A stretch of DNA of 58,273 nt, counting the filler, from Candidatus Desantisbacteria bacterium CG1_02_49_89 (lineage in GTDB: Bacteria > Desantisbacteria > UBA1551), in NCBI GenBank assembly GCA_001871075.1. It is 3 parts of 3 records of this genome, joined end to end, with 100 filler letters (N's around TTAATTAATTAA, not from the genome) between each part and the next. Parts side by side here need not be neighbours in the genome. Positions count along the whole stretch, not along the records: positions 37,716 to 58,273 come from MNUP01000049.1; 2 more parts are not named here. One strand, written 5' to 3'. The notes beneath the pieces were generated by a model. That model made no database searches and was not told the origin of the DNA. It saw nothing but the letters and a program-made list of their open reading frames with translations. Below are positions 48,534 through 57,472 of this stretch, piece by piece. Each line of letters starts with the position of its first letter. The stretch's first letter is position 1. The position numbers and the translations under genes are program-made.

Positions 48534-48720
48534 TCTACTATTTCATTTCGTGCTTTCGTCCGTAGCGCCATCCGCTCAGCTCTGGCGCGCAGGCCCCTGC
48601 GTTGAGCTGCGCAGCAGCTGCAGGGGGCACTTTCGTGCTTTCGTGGAAATCCTTTACACCGTAATCTCTTAGATAATCACTGTAATCATTTTTAAATAAT
48701 CACTGTAATCAGGGGGCTCA

Positions 48721-50670
48721 ATGGAGAACTGGCATTCAAAGGGATTTTTCGGGATCCACTACGACCTGCACCCGAAAGCGACTGACACAGAACTCGGCAG
48801 GGAAGCGACGTTCGACCATATATATAAGGAATTAAAGAAGGTAAAGCCGGATTTCGTGAATTATGACTGCAAGGGCCATCCGGGATACGCGGGGTACCCC
48901 ACAAAGGTCGGCACCCCTTCACCCGGTATAGTGAACGACGCTTTGAAGGTCTGGAGAGAGGTCACGAAAAAGCTGGGCATACGGCTTGCTATCCATTATT
49001 CCGGGGTATGGGACGAGATCGCCATAGAAAAACATCCGGAATGGGCAAGGATCGGAACTGACGGGAAAAGGGACAAAGCCTCCACCTGCCGCAATCACGG
49101 TTATACCGAAGACCTTATGATACCCCAGCTCCTCGAAGTTGTTAAAGAATACGACCTGGACGGAATGTGGGTGGACGGCGAGAACTGGGGTTCAGGCCTC
49201 TGCTATTGCGATAAATGCACGGAAAGGTTCATGAAGGAAACCGGGATCGCGGATATCCCGCAAAAAGCTTCCGACCCCAACTGGCAGAAATGGCTTGCCT
49301 CGAACAGGCAGTGGTTCGAGGAACACGTGAAAAAATATATGGATGCGGTGCACAGGCTCAAACCGGACTGCCTGGTGTGCTCGAACTGGATGTATTCTGT
49401 GCGCGAACCGGATGAGGTAAAGGTGCAGATGGATTACCTCAGCGGTGATTTTGACCCGTCTTTCGGGTGCGAAAGGGCAATGGCCGAGTCAAGGTTCCTG
49501 GATAGCCGCGGCATAACCTGGAATCTTATGGCGTGGGGATTTTTCTTTCCCGGGGGCACAAGGACTTTCAAGAGCGATGTCCACCTCTGCCAGGAAGCTT
49601 CCGAGGTAATGGCGAACGGCGGCAACCTTTTCATTTACGACCAGCCTAAAAGGAGCGGCCGCATTATCGGGTGGCACCAGGATATAATCGCGAAAGTCGC
49701 GAGGTTCTGCCGCAGGCGCCAGAAATTCTGCCAGGATACAAAATCTGTACCGCAGGCGGCAATTCTGCACAATAGCGCCCACCTTTATTCAAAAATGGAT
49801 CCCCTGTTCTCTTTGAGCAACGGTCACTGCGAGATGGAAGGCGCTCTGCACGTTCTTCTTGAAAAAGGACTGCACGTTGATATTTTGAATGAGTTTGATC
49901 TTGCAAGGCGTATTTTCGAATACCCGCTGGTAGTGATACCAGAGCAGACCCTTCTGCCGAAAAAGCTCATAACCGCGGTAAAAGAATACGTGAAGAACGG
50001 CGGTTGCCTGCTTGCCAGCGGCGCTGAGCCCGCAAAGGCGTTTGCTGACATTCTGGGCATCAAGCCCGAAGAAGGAGAACTTAATAACTGCTTTGTTCCT
50101 GTGAGGAACGAAACAGTGCTTATCAACGGGCCCTGGCAGAAAGTGATGCTGTCCGGCGCGAAAGAGCTCAGCCCGGCCTTGAAAGGCAATGAGGTTTCCA
50201 GAGATGTCGAAGACGGAAAAGCAGGATCTCCCGCAGCAACAATAAACAAATATGGGAAAGGTCTTGCAGCAGGCATATACGGCCCTGCGTTCCTCGTGTA
50301 TTATAACAGCCGTTTGCCGCGCATCCGGGAATTCATAGGAAGCGTGCTTAAAAAACTGGACAACCCGAAACTCATAAAGATGGACGCTCCTGCAAGGGTT
50401 GAGCTCTCTGTCAGGAAAAAAGACAATAAGATCATGCTAAACCTTGTGAACCGCGGCACCACCCATCCCCTTTCCACAAGGAACCACGCGGTTGAGGGCG
50501 TTCCTGCCATCGATTCCGTTAAATTAAGGGTCCCGCTGAAAGAAAAACCGAAAAAGGTAAGTCTGGGCGTTGATGAAGGAACAACGCTGAGAACAAAATA
50601 CGCCAAAGGCTGGCTTTCCTGCGAAATCAGGAATTTATATATTCACAACATGGTAGTTATAGAAGAATAA
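48721..50670 (+). CDS. Glycoside hydrolase-like protein (alpha-L-fucosidase/GHL6-like barrel + beta-galactosidase trimerisation-like domain)
   Basis: HYDLH, DCKGHPG, DGMWVDGE and YLSGD motifs. Confidence 0.7.
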   Translation: MENWHSKGFFGIHYDLHPKATDTELGREATFDHIYKELKKVKPDFVNYDCKGHPGYAGYPTKVGTPSPGIVNDALKVWREVTKKLGIRLAIHYSGVWDEIAIEKHPEWARIGTDGKRDKASTCRNHGYTEDLMIPQLLEVVKEYDLDGMWVDGENWGSGLCYCDKCTERFMKETGIADIPQKASDPNWQKWLASNRQWFEEHVKKYMDAVHRLKPDCLVCSNWMYSVREPDEVKVQMDYLSGDFDPSFGCERAMAESRFLDSRGITWNLMAWGFFFPGGTRTFKSDVHLCQEASEVMANGGNLFIYDQPKRSGRIIGWHQDIIAKVARFCRRRQKFCQDTKSVPQAAILHNSAHLYSKMDPLFSLSNGHCEMEGALHVLLEKGLHVDILNEFDLARRIFEYPLVVIPEQTLLPKKLITAVKEYVKNGGCLLASGAEPAKAFADILGIKPEEGELNNCFVPVRNETVLINGPWQKVMLSGAKELSPALKGNEVSRDVEDGKAGSPAATINKYGKGLAAGIYGPAFLVYYNSRLPRIREFIGSVLKKLDNPKLIKMDAPARVELSVRKKDNKIMLNLVNRGTTHPLSTRNHAVEGVPAIDSVKLRVPLKEKPKKVSLGVDEGTTLRTKYAKGWLSCEIRNLYIHNMVVIEE

Positions 50671-50929
50671 GAATTTCCACGAAAGAAGCTTTTTACAGGG
50701 ATCTTCGAAAGAGATTTAAAAAACCAAGCTATAGATTCACAAGATTTCCACGAAATCACGAAAGTGTCACGAAATCACGAAAGAATAACCACGGAGGCAC
50801 GGAGATTACAGTTTTAACTTGACACTTGATACTTAGCTTGCCCGCCAATCTTGCTGGGCGGGACTCTTGACACTTAAAATAATCACTGTAATCGTCAGTT
50901 CGAAAATCACCGTAATCAAGGAGTGAAGG

Positions 50930-52105
50930 ATGAACGACATTATAATGGTGACCGGCGGGGCCGGGTATATCGGAAGCCACGTTGTCAAGCTGCTGCTTGA
51001 AAAGAAGCAGAAGGTTTTCATATTCGACAACCTTTCAGCAGGCCACAACCAGGTGCTGGAGTTCTTTAAAAAAACATACGGCGCGGACGCAGACAGCTTT
51101 ATTTTCATTAACGCTGACACCCTTGACGAGGAAGGGCTGAGAAAAGCCATTGACAGCGTCAGGAAGAATCACTGGATATCCGGCATCATTGATTTCGCCG
51201 CAAAGATAGCTGTGGGCGAATCCCAGCAGAAGCCCCTTGATTACTTCACGACCAATGTCGTCGGGTTCAGGAACCTGCTTATGGCAACCGATCACATCCC
51301 CCTTGTAAAATCGTCAACAGCTGCTGCTTACGGCAGTCCTCTTGAGGAAGACATACCTTTGAAAGAGAGCGTGATCCCGAAAATGATCGCCGCGAAAAGG
51401 TATGACAGGAGCCAGCTCCTGCCCGCGTCTGTCCCGTTCGAAACCCTTATCGAGTGGTATACAAAGGAAGTTGTGGAAAAATACCCATTTTTTTACCTGG
51501 ATAAAGCTGACCTTGAATTCCTTCACATCCCCGTTAATGTTTACGGTGTGACCAAGGTAATATGCGAGATCATGCTCAAGAAACATGAAAAGGAAGCAGG
51601 CAGGAAACACATGGCTCTGCGGTATTTCAACGCCGCGGGGGCTGATCCATCCGGGCTTATCGGAGAGGACCACATACCGGAAACGCACCTTGTGCCCCTT
51701 GTCCTGAAGGCGGCGATGGGCAAGGTGAAATGCATAACGGTGTTCGGGGACGACTACGACACCCCTGACGGCACCTGCATAAGGGATTATATCTCGGTGA
51801 TGGACCTTGCCGACGTGCACATTATCGCCCTGAACTACATAATAAAGGGAGGGGGGAGCAGGACCTATAACCTGGGGACAAATAACGGTCAGACCGTGAT
51901 GCAGATAATCGAAGCGGCTAAAAAGGTCACAGGCAGGAACATACCCGTGGAAATGTCAGGCAGGAGAGAGGGAGACCCTACCGCCCTTGTGGCGGACGCG
52001 TCTTTGATAAAGAAAGAACTCGGGTGGAAGGCGAAGCGGGGCATTGACGAGATCGTGTCTTCCGCGTGGAAATGGCACAGTTCGCACCCAGACGGATATA
52101 AATAA
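50930..52105 (+). CDS. galE: UDP-glucose 4-epimerase with an internal insertion
   Basis: GGAGYIGSH, VGES, SSTAA, YGVTK, LRYFNAAGA and GTCIRDYI motifs. Confidence 0.88.
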   Translation: MNDIIMVTGGAGYIGSHVVKLLLEKKQKVFIFDNLSAGHNQVLEFFKKTYGADADSFIFINADTLDEEGLRKAIDSVRKNHWISGIIDFAAKIAVGESQQKPLDYFTTNVVGFRNLLMATDHIPLVKSSTAAAYGSPLEEDIPLKESVIPKMIAAKRYDRSQLLPASVPFETLIEWYTKEVVEKYPFFYLDKADLEFLHIPVNVYGVTKVICEIMLKKHEKEAGRKHMALRYFNAAGADPSGLIGEDHIPETHLVPLVLKAAMGKVKCITVFGDDYDTPDGTCIRDYISVMDLADVHIIALNYIIKGGGSRTYNLGTNNGQTVMQIIEAAKKVTGRNIPVEMSGRREGDPTALVADASLIKKELGWKAKRGIDEIVSSAWKWHSSHPDGYK

Positions 52106-52256
52106 TAGCCATAAGGACATTGCAAAAGTCAAATTGTAAATTGCAAATTTTAAATTTAAGTCACGGGATCCCATAATTTTACAATTTACATTTTGCAATT
52201 TGAAATTTGAAATGAATTCTGCCGACGTATCTCTCAAATATTATTTAGGAGGCTGA

Positions 52257-53336
52257 ATGAGCAAGTACAGGGTGGCATTCATCGGGACGGGCAAACCGGG
52301 CAATCCGGGATTAAAAGGTTACGCTATGGCGTACCAGCACGCGCTTGGGTACAAGGCGCTTGCTGACTGCGAGATGGCCGCGTGCGCTGACATAGTCAGG
52401 GAGAACGCTGACGCGTTCGCGAAGCAATTCGGGATAAAAGGCGTGTATACCGATTACAACGAGATGCTTAAAAAGGAAAAACCGGACGTTGTCAGCATCG
52501 CGGTCTGGCCGCACCTTCACGCGGAAATGATAATTGCCTGCTGCAACGCGGGGGTAAAGGCGATCCACAGCGAAAAGCCGGTTGCGACTACCTGGGGGGA
52601 CGCGAAGAGATGCGCGGCTGCGGCTGAAAAGGCCAGGGTCCAGCTCACGTTCAACCACCAGAGAAGGTTCGGCAGGCCGTTCAGGCTTGCCAAAGAGAAA
52701 CTGCGCGAGGGCGCGATAGGGAAACTCCAGAGGATGGAGTTCGGGCTTGGCGACATCTACGACGGCGGCACCCACTGGGTGGATATGATGAACATGTTCA
52801 ATGACGAGACGCCCGCGGAATGGGTCATAGGCCAGATCGACACTCGCCAGATAAGGCTGGCGTTCGGCGCCCCTATCGAATGGCAGGGGATCTTCCACGT
52901 GATGTATAAGAACGGGGTGCAGGGGGTTTATTTTACAGGGGTGGAGACCGGGCGCAAGCTTGGTTTTAATACGCGGCTTTACGGCACAGAAGGGATAATA
53001 GAGCTGGGCTGGGACGCGCTGCCGGGATGGATAGTAAGGTGGCTGAAGTATGACAAAGGCACCTGGACAGGAGACATGGCTAACGGGGAATCTTTGCACG
53101 ACCCTAATTTCGTGGAAAGGGCGATAGCGGACACCATAGAATCTCTCAGGACAGGAAGGGAGCCGGAGCTCAGCGCGCGCAGGGCGATGAACGCGACAGA
53201 GATCATATTCGCGTGTTACGAGTCAAGCCGCAGAAGGGCGCGCATAGACCTTCCGCTTACCATAGAAGACTCCCCTATCCAGTCCATGATGGACAAGAAT
53301 GAAGTGAAGTGGGAATACGCCCCCAACGCTAAATAA
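52257..53336 (+). CDS. Gfo/Idh/MocA family oxidoreductase
   Basis: AFIGTG, EKP, NHQRRF and DGGTH motifs. Confidence 0.9.
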   Translation: MSKYRVAFIGTGKPGNPGLKGYAMAYQHALGYKALADCEMAACADIVRENADAFAKQFGIKGVYTDYNEMLKKEKPDVVSIAVWPHLHAEMIIACCNAGVKAIHSEKPVATTWGDAKRCAAAAEKARVQLTFNHQRRFGRPFRLAKEKLREGAIGKLQRMEFGLGDIYDGGTHWVDMMNMFNDETPAEWVIGQIDTRQIRLAFGAPIEWQGIFHVMYKNGVQGVYFTGVETGRKLGFNTRLYGTEGIIELGWDALPGWIVRWLKYDKGTWTGDMANGESLHDPNFVERAIADTIESLRTGREPELSARRAMNATEIIFACYESSRRRARIDLPLTIEDSPIQSMMDKNEVKWEYAPNAK

Positions 53337-53725
53337 TAAAGTTAAAGGGGTTAAAAAGGTTAAAAGGGTTAAAAGTTAAATCCGTGCGAATCCGTGGAAA
53401 TCCGTGGTTGCAGAAGCAGCCATTTTTAAAAAGCTAAAAACTTATAAGGTAGTCTCCCGCCACTTCGGCGGGTCGCCGTAGGGGCGACAGTGAATTCAGT
53501 GAACTCAGTGGCAAATTTTTAAAGCAGTTTATAGAGTTTACAAGTTTACAAGTAAAATTCGTGCAAATTAGTGCCGTAGGGTCATCGATTCGGTTCTGAC
53601 CCGAAGGCCCCAGCGTTACGGTTTCGTAGAAACCTGCAGGGGTTAATTCGTGGTTAAAGTGAATTTTTTCGTGCTTTCGTGGTACTTTCGTGCTTTCGTG
53701 GAAATCTTTAGTTGTGGGGGTTGAT

Positions 53726-56170
53726 TTGAAAGAGCCGTTTGACGGCAGCGCTTTCTGGGTATGGTCTTCCGAAGGCCACTGGGCGACCCAGGCAAGGCAG
53801 GACCCTTACCGCGTAAGGTATTTCCGAAGGGCCTTTGAGGTGAACGACCTGCCGGCAAAGCTCCTGATCCATGTTTCAGCCGATTCCAAATACATCCTTT
53901 ACGTAAATTCGCAATTCGTGTGCAGAGGGCCGGCAAAAGGCGATATCGCCCACCAGTTTTACGAGACCGCGGACGCAAGCAGGTTCCTTAAAAAAGGCAG
54001 GAACGTTATCGCGGCTCTGGTAAAGTATTACGGCGACTCTTTCCCGAATTACGGAATGGGCGGAGCTCCTGACTCTGTGATGTCAGAAGCCCCGGGCTTC
54101 ATTGCCGACGCGGTTTTGAAATACGGCGGCAAAGAGATAAAGCTGCACACGGACTCAACCTGGAAAGTACTTGTTGATGAGGCGTACAACCACAAGGCCT
54201 GCGCAGGCAACTGCGTATATACCGGATACCGCGAAATATTCGATTCCCGCAAATATCTGCGAGGCTGGGAAAGCCCGGATTTTGACGATAGTTCCTGGGA
54301 GAACGCTGTCCAGATATGGAAAGGCGAAACTATTTCCCGCAGGAATGACAGCGCTGTGCCGCATATCCTTTATCCCAGGATCATACCTGCGCTTGAAGAG
54401 GATCCCCGCAATTTTAAAACGGTTTTCGGCTCTGACAACAGGACCTGCGCCGGATTTGAAAAGGTAATCGCGAATAACGGCGTTTTTGAAATACCCGCCG
54501 GATCGTCAGTTGACATTTCCCTGGATGCCGGGGAGCTTGTTACCGGTTTTCCCCTGCTTGAGGTCTCGGGAGGCAGGGACTCGGAAATAAAACTTGTTTA
54601 TTCAGAAGCCCTGTTTGGGAAAAAACCGGGCAAGATGCCTTTGCCATGGGAGGAAAAAGGCCCTAAGATAAACCGCAACGATACCGAAGGCGGCGCTGTC
54701 CAGGGTTTATGGGACACGTTCATCCCTGGCGGCGGCGAATCAACATACAAACCTTTCCAGTGGGCCGCGTTCAGGTTCATGCGCCTGATCGCGGACGTAA
54801 AAGACGAACCGCTTATTATAAGGAAAATAGGGTATATATACCACGCGTTCCCTTTCAGGCAAACCGGTATATTTTCAAGCTCCGACCCCGGATTTTCCAG
54901 GATACTTGACGTAAGCACCCGCACCCAGCGGCTTTGCTCGCACGAAACATACGAGGACTGCCCTTATTACGAACAGCTCCAGTATGCGGGCGACACACAG
55001 GTGCAGGCTCTTGTTTCGTATTACCTTTTCAGCGACGCGCGGCTCGCAAGGCAGGCAATACGCCATTTTGACTGGTCGCGCAACAGCGAAGGCATAACTG
55101 CCAGCAGGTACCCGTCAAGGGTGGGGCAGATAATACCTTTCTGGAGCCTTCACTGGATAATGATGGCCTGCGAATACTGGAAATACACCGGCGATGCCGA
55201 AGAAGCGGAAAGAATGGTTCCCGGTATTTTCGCGGTGCTGGGATGGTTTGAAAGGCATATAGGCAAAACCGGGCTTCTTGAAAAACTCCCCTACTGGTGC
55301 GTGGCTGACTGGTCTCCGGAATGGACAGACAAAAAGGATGGCGCGGGCGTTCCTCCCGGAACAAAAACAGGGGTCTCGGCCCTTATCAATTTCCAGTATA
55401 TATACTGCCTTGAAATATTCGCAGGGATGCTTGAAGCTCTGGGACAGCGGGACAAAGCCGTAAGCCTGAAAAAAACCGCATCCGCGCTGAAGAAAAAAAG
55501 CAAAGCTGTTTTCTGGGACAATAAAAAGGGATTGTTCAGGGATTCGCCGTCTTATCCCAGGGATTTCAGCCAGCTTGCCAATGCCTGGGCAGTGTTATGC
55601 GGAGCTGCCGATCCTGCCTGCTATAAAAAGATCGCTGCCGCGCTTGAAAACCCGGATGGCCTGTCAAGGGCTTCTTATTTCGGGCTTTTCTACTGTTTCA
55701 GGGCTCTTTCCAAGATGAACGAATATGACAGGGTTTTCAATATGCTCGAACCCTGGAAGGAAATGCTTAAGCTGGGGCTTACGACCTGGAGCGAGGATAT
55801 AGTCAGCCAGAGGAGCGACTGCCACGCCTGGTCAGGCGCGCCCGCATTTGAGTTTTTCAACGAGGTGCTGGGCATCAAGCCCTTACTGCCGGGTTTTAAA
55901 AAAGTGCTGATACAGCCCAGGCCAGGGCCGCTAGAGCACGCTGAAGGCAGGATCGTGATACCATCATTAAAAGATTACCACGGAGGCCACGCCTTAAAGA
56001 TTGGCGGGCGCGGCACGGAGGCACAGAGAAATACAATTGAGGTAAGCTGGTTTAAGAAAAACGGTTGTATGGTAATAAAAGGAAAGCTGCCTGCGGGAAT
56101 TACAGGCTTGGTTTCTTTCAACGGCAAAAGCGTTAACGTTACCCAGTCTTTTAAAACCATATTTAAATGA
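53726..56170 (+). CDS. Alpha-L-rhamnosidase (GH78-like)
   Basis: SADSKY, GPAKGD, DCPYYEQLQYAGD, TTWSE and SDCHAWS motifs; start is uncertain (TTG 53726 after GGGGG). Confidence 0.88.
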   Translation: MKEPFDGSAFWVWSSEGHWATQARQDPYRVRYFRRAFEVNDLPAKLLIHVSADSKYILYVNSQFVCRGPAKGDIAHQFYETADASRFLKKGRNVIAALVKYYGDSFPNYGMGGAPDSVMSEAPGFIADAVLKYGGKEIKLHTDSTWKVLVDEAYNHKACAGNCVYTGYREIFDSRKYLRGWESPDFDDSSWENAVQIWKGETISRRNDSAVPHILYPRIIPALEEDPRNFKTVFGSDNRTCAGFEKVIANNGVFEIPAGSSVDISLDAGELVTGFPLLEVSGGRDSEIKLVYSEALFGKKPGKMPLPWEEKGPKINRNDTEGGAVQGLWDTFIPGGGESTYKPFQWAAFRFMRLIADVKDEPLIIRKIGYIYHAFPFRQTGIFSSSDPGFSRILDVSTRTQRLCSHETYEDCPYYEQLQYAGDTQVQALVSYYLFSDARLARQAIRHFDWSRNSEGITASRYPSRVGQIIPFWSLHWIMMACEYWKYTGDAEEAERMVPGIFAVLGWFERHIGKTGLLEKLPYWCVADWSPEWTDKKDGAGVPPGTKTGVSALINFQYIYCLEIFAGMLEALGQRDKAVSLKKTASALKKKSKAVFWDNKKGLFRDSPSYPRDFSQLANAWAVLCGAADPACYKKIAAALENPDGLSRASYFGLFYCFRALSKMNEYDRVFNMLEPWKEMLKLGLTTWSEDIVSQRSDCHAWSGAPAFEFFNEVLGIKPLLPGFKKVLIQPRPGPLEHAEGRIVIPSLKDYHGGHALKIGGRGTEAQRNTIEVSWFKKNGCMVIKGKLPAGITGLVSFNGKSVNVTQSFKTIFK

Positions 56171-56271
56171 TCACCACAGAATTTAACCACAGGTCAATAC
56201 AGGTAAACACTGTTTTGAGTAACTCAAACCTTCTCGAAGACCCGCCAATCTTTAAGGAGGGAGGTTTGATA

Positions 56272-57308
56272 TCAGGGCTGAAGCCCTGAGTTACAATAAA
56301 ATTCCATGCCGTTGATTCATAACTCATAATTCATAACTCATAATTATATTTAGCGGAGCAGCGATGAAGGCGATATCGTTCGGCGAAGTGCTTTGGGACA
56401 TAATCGAGGGAAAGGAATACCTTGGCGGCGCCCCTTTTAACCTTGCCGCGCACCTCGCGAAGCTGGGATGCAGTTCCCGGATGATCTCAAGGGTCGGTGA
56501 GGACGAGCGCGGCAGCAAGGTGCTTGAAGAAATGAAACACCTTGGCGTGGACCCCTCTTTCATGCAGAAGGACAAGGACCACCCAACAGGCACGGTCAAC
56601 GTCAGGCTTTCATTCGCAGGCGAGCCGGAGTTCACCATAAACAAGAACGCGGCTTATGATTTCATAGAGTTTGATAAAAAGCTTGAAGCCGGGATAAAAG
56701 AAGAAAAATTCGACGCATTCTGCTTCGGCACCCTTGCGCAGAGGAGCGATGTCACTAAAAAAACGCTTTACACCCTTCTGGGCAGCGTGAACTCAAACCT
56801 GTTCTTCTACGACGTGAACCTGCGCCAGAAATATTATTCCAAAGAGATCATTAATAAGTCCCTTTCAGTTTCAGGCATAGTGAAGCTTAACGATGACGAG
56901 GCAAAGGTCCTGCCTGAGATCGTTTTCAATAAGAAAATGGATGAAAAGGAATTCGCAACAGAGCTGTGCCGCGGATACCGGGTAAAGATCGTGTGCGTAA
57001 CAAGGGGCGGGAACGGGTGCGCTGTATATTCGGGCGGTGAATTCAGGGAGATCCCGGGCATAAAGGTGAAGGTCATAGACACGGTCGGCTCAGGTGACGC
57101 TTTCAGCGCTGGTTTCCTTTTCAAGCACTGCTCAGGCAAAGACCCGTTTGAAGCCGCGGAATTCGCCAACAGGCTGGGCGCGTTCGTCGCCTCAAAGCGC
57201 GGCGCGATACCGGACTACGACCTTAATTATGAATTATGAGTTATGCCCCTCGGGGCATTATGAATCAACGGCAAGGATATTTATTGTAACTCAGGGCTTT
57301 AGCCCTGA
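56272..57308. repeat. About 75-85-bp inverted repeat pair (56272-56346 / 57224-57308) bracketing the PfkB gene
   Basis: TCAGGGCTGAAGCCCTGAGTTACAATAAA...GCCGTTGATTCATAACTCATAATTCATAA versus its reverse complement, which carries an extra 17-nt hairpin. Confidence 0.9.
56364..57239 (+). CDS. PfkB-family carbohydrate kinase (fructokinase-like)
   Basis: GGAPFN, DVNLR, KLNDDE and DTVGSGDAF motifs. Confidence 0.92.
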   Translation: MKAISFGEVLWDIIEGKEYLGGAPFNLAAHLAKLGCSSRMISRVGEDERGSKVLEEMKHLGVDPSFMQKDKDHPTGTVNVRLSFAGEPEFTINKNAAYDFIEFDKKLEAGIKEEKFDAFCFGTLAQRSDVTKKTLYTLLGSVNSNLFFYDVNLRQKYYSKEIINKSLSVSGIVKLNDDEAKVLPEIVFNKKMDEKEFATELCRGYRVKIVCVTRGGNGCAVYSGGEFREIPGIKVKVIDTVGSGDAFSAGFLFKHCSGKDPFEAAEFANRLGAFVASKRGAIPDYDLNYEL

Positions 57309-57331
57309 ATACGAATATATAAGTGGTTTAG

Positions 57332-57412
57332 GGTAGCGGTCCCGATTTATCGGGACATTTTCGCGTAGGGGCGGGCTTGCCCGCCCTTCGTAGGGCAAGG
57401 CTTTAGCCTTGC
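57332..57412 (+). repeat. Cluster of three tandem GTAG-type REP-like hairpins
   Basis: GTAGCGGTCCCGATTTATCGGGAC, GTAGGGGCGGGCTTGCCCGCCC and GTAGGGCAAGGCTTTAGCCTTGC (the last also occurs at about 25225). Confidence 0.8.
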
Positions 57413-57472
57413 GGAACGTCATTGCGGCCCGCTGAAGAGGCGGGGAAGCAATCCCGCGGGAGAGAATTTATT

